Source: Eledone cirrhosa | Taxonomy: Eukaryota | Direction: 5' to 3' | DNA: 64,000 bases | NCBI GenBank assembly: GCA_964016885.1 | Contig: OZ024749.1 | Location: 14,756,001 to 14,820,000 of the forward strand | Shown: positions 56,321 through 64,000 of the stretch, piece by piece | Layout: each line of letters starts with the position of its first letter | How positions within the stretch are numbered: the first letter of the stretch is position 1 | The notes under the pieces: generated by a model | Seen by the model: only the letters and a program-made list of their open reading frames with translations | Told to the model about the DNA's origin: nothing | Database searches by the model: none | Program-made: the position numbers and the translations under genes

Positions 56321-57104
56321 ATGTATATGTATATATATATATATACATAAACAGATAAGTATGTATATGTACATGAAAATCTCTGTAGTGTTGGTGCCAC
56401 AAGAAAACACACCCAGTACACTCTGTAAAGTGGTTGGTGATTGAACTGGGATATTGTAGGGTGGAGAGAGAACTGTTTAGTCTTACTGAGGACATGACAA
56501 CCACCCTAGTGTGGGTGCTACAATAAAATACACTAAGTACACTCTGGAAAGTTGTTGGAAATTGAACTGGGATTATGGAAGGTAAAGAGAACTGTTTTGT
56601 CTTGATGAGGACACAACCTCTCCAGTGTTGGTGCCACAATAAAATACACCCAGTACACTCTGTAAAGTTGTTGGTGTTAGGAAGGTAATCTAGCCATAGG
56701 AAAATTAAAAAAAAAATGGAATGTAGGAGTCAGAAAGGGTCCCTAGTCTTATTTAGGAAGACATTAATGTCAAATAGGAACTGACTCGTAATAACTTGAC
56801 AAACCCATGCCAACAGAGAAAGCAGACATATAATGATGATGATGATGATGGTGGTTCCCCCACTACCCTCACAACAACCATAGTGACACAATGACTTTAC
56901 AGACACACATATTGATGATATATCATCATCATCGTTTAACACCCATTTTTCCATGCTAGTATGGGTTCAACGAATTGTCCCGATGTGAGACAAGCCGGAT
57001 GAGATGACTGTGTTTTGATCATACAGAACTGTTTCTTACTTGCTTTCAATTGCTTGATCCCCTTCCTAATGCTGACCACAGTTACAGTGTGTATATACAC
57101 ATAC

Positions 57105-57330
57105 ATCATCATCATCATTTTACATCCACTTTTCCCTGCTTGCAAGAGTGAGACGGGAACTGATTCTGGCTTGATTTCTACAGCTGGATGCCCTTCCTAA
57201 CACCAACCTCATTTACAGTGAGTGCTGGGTGCTTTTTTTTTTTCCGTGGTACCTACACGACCACTTTACAGTGGAATGATAGGGACCCCAGTCCTATCAT
57301 CTCATTTCTACAGCTGAGTAAACTGGAGCA
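57105..57330 (-). mobile_element. RTE-3'UTR-related short retroposon; close relative at 6050-6275 (+)
   Basis: catcatcattttac...ggatgcccttcctaacaccaacc...accactttacagtgg. Diverged relatives at ~28172-28400, 35950-36165, 36890-37210, 43150-43400, 56190-56290, 56390-56850 and 56920-57090. Confidence 0.75.
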
Positions 57331-57457
57331 ATGTGAAATAAAGTGTCTTGCTCAAGGAAACAACATCACCCGGTCTGAGAATTGAACTCACAACCTTTCG
57401 ATTGCAAGGCCAATAATCTAACCACTAAGACATGTGCCTCCTATATATATATAAATA

Positions 57458-57533
57458 TAGGGTGTCCCCCAAAAATGTATACATATATTTATGAGAATGC
57501 TGTTGAAATATGTGTACATTTTGGGGGGACTCT
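57458..57533. mobile_element. Tiny Tc1/mariner-type MITE
   Basis: Imperfect TIRs tagggtgtcccccaaaaatgta / tacattttggggggactctc; partial relative at 59808-59850. Confidence 0.55.
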
Positions 57534-57622
57534 CTCTCTCTATATATATATGAAAGTGGAGGCCTGACAGCAGAGCTCTTGCTGTTTTGACAGCAAATTC
57601 CAAGTGTGAGTGTCTGTGTCGA

Positions 57623-57907
57623 TAAAATATAAGTATTAATAAAATAGATGTTCTTTAGATCAATTACATTTTATTATACATATTTCGGATATACAACAGT
57701 ACGTCCTCATCAGACAAAATATAATGATACATGACATACCCTGACATGTTAAATGGTTAAGATTAAATCTTAACCTTTTAACATCTCGGGGTATGTCATG
57801 TATCATTATATTTTGCCTGATGAGGACGTACTGTTGTACATCCGAAATATGTATAATAAAATGTAATTGATCAAAAGAACATCTATTTTATTAATACTTA
57901 TATTTTA
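57623..57907. ncRNA. 285-bp palindrome of two family C hammerheads (57663-57725 minus, 57805-57867 plus)
   Basis: attatattttgt-CTGATGA-ggacgtactgttgtacatcc-GAAA-tatgtat-A|ataaaatgtaat. 12-bp stem I, 8-bp stem II; centre at 57765. Confidence 0.85.
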
Positions 57908-58983
57908 ATATTAATAACTTCTGAAAATTATTTTACTCGTTGAGTGCTTCCAATCTACTGTAAAACTCATTCTTTGACATAATCATCGAATATTGTTTAA
58001 CTCTTTAATATATATACACACACACACACACCATATACCTGGGCTTGTATAGCTGACACACTGTACAGGTACACACTCTCACACACACACACACAAGTTG
58101 AGGAATCCAGACAACAGGTCTTTGTTTTCTGGAGAGAAAATATTATGAAAGAGGGGGATGGAGGGAGATGAGGGGAGAGGGGTGGAGAGGAGAAAGAGAA
58201 AGAAAATATGAAAGAGGAGGCAAAGAGAGAGGGGGAGAGAAAGGAAATATGAGAGAGGGGGAGAGAAAAGAAATATGAGAGAGGGGGAGAGAGGGAGTAA
58301 ATGTATAAATATGAGTGGAATAAGAGACAGAAAACGTGTATGTGAATGAGAGAGAGTGTGTGTGTGTGTATAGAAAGGTGTAGAAATGTGTATGTGTGTG
58401 TGTATAGAAAGGTGTATATATGTATGTGTGTGTGTGTGTGTGTGTGTATAGAAACGTGTATATATGTATGTGGATGTGTGTGTATAGAAACGTGTATATA
58501 TGTATGTGTGTGTATAGAAACGTGTATATATGTATGTGTGTGTGTGTGTATAGAAACGTGTATATATGTATGTGTGTGTGTGTGTATAGAAACGTGTATA
58601 TATGTATGTGTGTGTGTGTGTATAGAAACGTGTATATATGTGTGTGTGTATATAGAAACGTGTATATATGTGTGTGTGTGTGTGTATGTGTGTGTATTTG
58701 TGTGTTTGTATAGAAACGTATATATATGTGTATGTGTGTGTGTGTGTATAGAAACGTGTATATATGTATATAGAAACGTGTATATATGTGTGTGTATATA
58801 GAAAGGTGTATATATGTATGTGTGTGTGTATAGAAAGGTGTATATATATGTGTGTGTGTGTCTAAGAGAAGAAGCGTATATTGTAATATATTTGTAAAAG
58901 TGAGAGGTGGATGGGTGACTATAAATTATGAATACACACACACACACACATATATACACACAAACACACACATATATACACAG

Positions 58984-59046
<63 letters not shown>

Positions 59047-59145
59047 CATACACAGATATATATACACACACACACACATATATATACACACACACACACA
59101 CATATATATATATACACACACACATATATATATACACACACACAT

Positions 59146-59188
<43 letters not shown>

Positions 59189-60109
59189 TATATATATATA
59201 TATACATATATGATGATGATGATGATATATATATACATACACACACACACACACACATATATATATACATATATATATATACATATATACACAAATTTAT
59301 GTCTATGTCCACATCGACATAGCCACGTCATTGATGAGAATCATAACTTATAGAGGACAGCGATGGTGGTGGTGGTGGTGTGGGGGTTGTATGGAGGTGG
59401 TGGTGTTGGATGGGGGTGTTGTATGGAAGTGGTGGTGGTGGTGGTGGTGTTGTATGGAGGTTGGGGGTGTATGGTGATGTTGTATGGGGTGTTGTATGGA
59501 AGTGGTGGTGGTGTTGTATGGAGGTGGTGGTGTTGGATGGGGGTGTTGTATGGAAGTGGTGGTGGTGGTGATGTTGTATGGAGGTGGGGGTGGTGCTGCT
59601 GTGAGGATACACCACCACCACCTCCACATACGCTATATACACTTTATAAAATATACATATACACTACATAAACTTCACAAAATCTATACACACACTATAT
59701 ATACTTTATAGAAAGTATATCATACACCATATACATTTTATAGACTGTATCTATACACCATATATACATTATAGGATGTATATATTTATAATTCACTTTA
59801 TAGTATATACAAGGTGTGCCCCAAAATATCTACACACTTCAACAGCATTCTAATAAATATTGCTAATACAGGTAATGATAGAGTAGGGGTGATATGAGGA
59901 GGTGCTGTGCCGTCTGTGGTTCGATGCCGCACTAACACACAACGGCCCCATCCTTTAAATATCCCCATTTTGCAAGACTGACTTTTGCATGTCCAACAGC
60001 AGATCTTAGTCTGTTGTGGACTGAGGCTGGCTAGATCAGAGGACCACACCATGCTCAAACATTACATTCGTTTCCATCATTTCTATGGTTTGATGCCCTT
60101 CATAATGCC

Positions 60110-60400
60110 AACCACTTTACAGAGTGTACTGGGTGCATTTTGTTGTGGCACCAGCACTTACACTATCACTTTACAGAGTGTATTGGGTGTAATTTATCAT
60201 TACACCAGTACTACCACTTTACAGAGTGCACTGGGTGCAATTTATCATGACACCAGTACTACAACTTTACAGAGTATACTGGGTGCAATTTATCATGGCA
60301 TCAACTCTACCACTTTACAGGGTGTACCGGGTGTATTTTATTGTGACACCAACGTTGCCACTTTACAGAGTACACTGGGTGTATTTTATTGTGGAACAGC
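60110..60400. repeat. Diverged ~48-bp tandem repeat derived from the RTE 3' UTR
   Basis: Repeated accactttacagagtgtactgggtg...caccagtact following gatgcccttcataatgccaacc. Confidence 0.8.
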
Positions 60401-60486
60401 ACAATGTCCCATCTACAACATCAACAACAAGAGCAACAGTAGAACTACATATTAGATTAGATGTTGTCTTCCTGTTTCTTCTACAA

Positions 60487-61092
60487 CTACAACGGTACGC
60501 GATGGGGCCCACCCACAGCCCCAGCGGACAGAATGGAGAAGGCATTTCCCCGGAGGACGGCAAGGGAGACGCGCTGGAAAAGCCACTCCAACTCGCACCT
60601 GGCCAGCTCAGCACCTATGGTGGTGAGTAAGGAGGTAGCCCTGGGGCCGAGGACACCAGAAGTCTCCACTGCCAGTGCCAGGGGGACGACCGCAAACTTG
60701 TCGGAGAGCGACCGGTATTTGAGGAGTTTGGCCCCCTCAGCCCGACGTGCAGCAGAACCTGGGTCAGTCACAGACTGCACCGGGTTACGGCTGCAGAAAG
60801 TGTCGGTGCAAGTGGCATCCCAGACAAGGGGTTTGCCACCGCAGAACGGGAAGATGGTCATGCCATCTGGCCTTTTGCCGTCCCCTCTATCCAGCCCCAC
60901 CGGCTCGAGCTGGGAAGGGAAGCCTGCAGTGTCCAAGCCATGCTTAATGACCTCGTTGAGGGCAGCATGGCATGGAAAGCGGCCGGCACTGTGGCAACAG
61001 GAAAGCGGGTAGAGGCCGAAAGAGTCCACGGTGGAACCGCAGCGACATTGGTGCGGCTGGCAGATCCGGAGGCCGAGCCTCAGGGAAACACT
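60487..61092 (-). mobile_element. 5'-truncated CRE-clade non-LTR retrotransposon (zinc knuckle + restriction-like endonuclease)
   Basis: SLRLGLRICQPHQCRCG..LSC..SAGR..HAALN..RPDG..WDATC..KY..AVETSG..QRVSLAVLRGNA matches the characteristic CRE C-terminal RLE domain. Confidence 0.88.
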
Positions 61093-61172
61093 GATGCATA
61101 TAGCATGGAGTGGGGTTAATGTGTGTATGTTTGTGTGCCTGAGTCTATGTTTCTGTAAGCCTCTGTGTATGT

Positions 61173-61204
<32 letters not shown>

Positions 61205-61489
61205 CAGTCCGTCCATCTATCAGTATGTGTCAGTTAGTTTATGTTTCTGTCTGTCTGTATGTCTGACACAATGTATGGCTTTATCTCCCCCACCACAGAC
61301 CCCTTCAACAATACCCCCGCCTCCTCAGATACCCAGCCTGATTAAAACCAAAAAAGCACATACAATATAGGGTATGTATAATATATAATTGTATGCATTC
61401 ATAATAAATATATGTATGTATACAAAACACGTGTGTGTGAGTGAGTGTGTGTGTATATATATACACACACACAAATATATATATATATA

Positions 61490-61527
<38 letters not shown>

Positions 61528-61564
61528 CGTATACAAAATGTGTGAATATATGTATATATAATAG

Positions 61565-61607
<43 letters not shown>

Positions 61608-61668
61608 TGTATGTATACAAAACATGTTTCTCTCTCTCTCTGTCTATATATATGTGTATATATATATA

Positions 61669-61720
<52 letters not shown>

Positions 61721-61744
61721 CATACATACATATACATCCGTATG

Positions 61745-61798
<54 letters not shown>

Positions 61799-62295
61799 CA
61801 TACACATCCGTATGTATGTGTATATATATATATATATATATACACATACATATATATCCGTATGTATGTATAAATATATATACACACATAAATAAAAGCC
61901 ATCCAGATGACATTTGTTTAGTTTTAAAATGAAAGGTCGCAATGTTTGGGTAGGTGTGGAGGGTGAGGTGTAGGTGGAGGGTGCAGTGGGGGTGGCTGAA
62001 GAACCTATATATATATATGTGTGTATATATATGTGTATATATATAGGAATATCTCTCTATATATATAGGTATCTATAGGTCTATCTATCTCTCTCTCTCT
62101 ATATATATATATATCTCTCTCTCTCTATATATATATATATCTATCTCTCTCTCTATATATATATATCTATCTCTCTCTCTATATCTATCTCTCTCTCTCT
62201 CTCTATATATATCTATCTCTCTCTCTCTATATATATCTATCTCTCTCTCTCTATATCTATCTCTCTCTATATCTATCTCTCTCTCTCTCTCTATA

Positions 62296-62389
<94 letters not shown>

Positions 62390-62432
62390 TAGATATACCT
62401 ATAGATACCTATATATATAGAGAGATATACTC

Positions 62433-62476
<44 letters not shown>

Positions 62477-62663
62477 GAAGGAAATGTGGTAAGGAACCAG
62501 ATGGACCATAACGCACCAAAGTACTCAATACTTAGGGTTGTAGAGTGGGTAATAGGAACGAGTAGGACCCCAAGGCTGAGCTCAAGCCGTTTCGACGGCT
62601 AATTCTGGACTCCAGAATTAGCCGTCGAAACGGCTTGAGCTCAGCCTCGGGGTCCTACTCGTT

Positions 62664-62700
<37 letters not shown>

Positions 62701-63646
62701 ATGCAAATAGACTTACATCTGCATTACTCCTATAGGCACACGCAGACATGTACACACACAAGCACACACATCTGTATACAGAGACACACATACACACTCA
62801 TTTGTGTATTATACAGTTGTACTTTGGAATGGTCATTCTAACTCACCCCCACACACACACTTTCATATAAACACACACACACATAGATACTTTCATAAAC
62901 ACACACACACATACATACTTTCATACAAACACACACACACATACATACATACATACATACATACACACACACATACATACTTTCATATAAACACACACAT
63001 ACATACTTTCATATAAACACACACGCACATACATACTTTCATATAAACACACACGCACATACATACTTTCATATAAACACACACACACACATACATACTT
63101 TCATATAAACACACACACACATACTTTCATATAAACACACACACATACATATATACAAACACATACGCACACAAACACTAATTATAATTCTCTTCATTAT
63201 TGTTACTACCAAAGTACCACAATCTCTCTCTGCCTCTCCGTCTGTCTCACTATCTCCCTCTCTCTCTGTGCCTCTCACTACATCCCTCTATCTCTCTGCC
63301 TCTCACTAACTCCCTCTCTCACTATCTCCATCCCTTTATCACTATCTCCCTCTCCTCTACCTTTTGTTCTCTCTCTCCTCTCTCACACTCTCTTAACACA
63401 CTGTTAAACATCAACAACATGGTAAATGTGTGTGTGTGTGTGTGTGTGTGTATGTTAATGTTTATGTGAATGAGTGTGTGTGTGTGTGTGAGAGGGAATA
63501 TGAGAGTGTGTGCAAGTTGCTGTGTGTATGAAAGTATGTATATGGGTATGAGTGTGTGTATGTGAATGTATATGCATGTGTGTATTTATATATATATATG
63601 TATGTATATGTATGTATATGTATGTATATATATATATGAGCATATG

Positions 63647-63865
63647 TGAAGGCGTGTGACTGAGTGGTTAGAGAATTGGATTTGAAATCCTAAGGTTGTG
63701 AGTTCGGTTCCTGGACCAGGCGATGCGTTATGTCCTTGAGCAAGACACTTTATTTCACGTTGCTTCTTCTACCTGGAGTTGCGACCAATAGATAGTATTA
63801 GCAATTGGAAAGACAAACGGAAACATTGTTCCCTCGGTCCGATTTGACGAAAGTCGATCGTTCCT
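63647..63865 (+). mobile_element. tRNA-derived SINE
   Basis: A/B-box-like gagtggttaga..gagttcggttcc and gtccttgagcaagacact. Its 3' part matches the 46800-47125 repeat unit. Confidence 0.7.
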
Positions 63866-64000
63866 TTATATATGAGCATGTGTATGTGTCAATGTATGTA
63901 TATATATGTGAGTGTGTATATGTATGTATATATATATATGAGTATGTGTATGAGTCAGTGTATATGTGTATGTATGTATATATATATATATGTGTGTATA

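Noticed and set aside
63647-63720. tRNA gene
   Set aside because: The cloverleaf is degenerate and runs into a SINE body.

Overview
This is eukaryotic, repeat-saturated genomic DNA, not a prokaryote. The repeat repertoire (RTE LINE with (GAT)n tail, tRNA-derived SINEs, TTAA MITEs, very long (TA)n/(TATAC)n tracts) suggests a coleoid cephalopod/octopus; that is inference. Most ORF-track entries are microsatellite artefacts. The window lies inside a minus-strand gene: three phase-compatible exons (44277-44484, 40730-40867, 1138-1280) encode a Pro/His-rich region leading into the first FN3 domain of an FNDC3A/B (mtgo)-like protein, with a ~39.4-kb intron. That intron holds an intact antisense RTE LINE (APE + RT + PHD-type finger). 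Elsewhere are a 5'-truncated CRE-type retroelement, a non-autonomous Helitron, MITEs, SINEs and several minisatellites seeded from the LINE 3' UTR. The most notable signal is a dense set of small non-coding elements carrying type I hammerhead ribozyme (HHR) motifs, in at least six sequence families. They include a 310-nt retrozyme-like tandem repeat and several fold-back palindromes in (TA)n tracts whose arms appear to be generated per insertion. Ribozyme folds were derived by eye and activity is untested.
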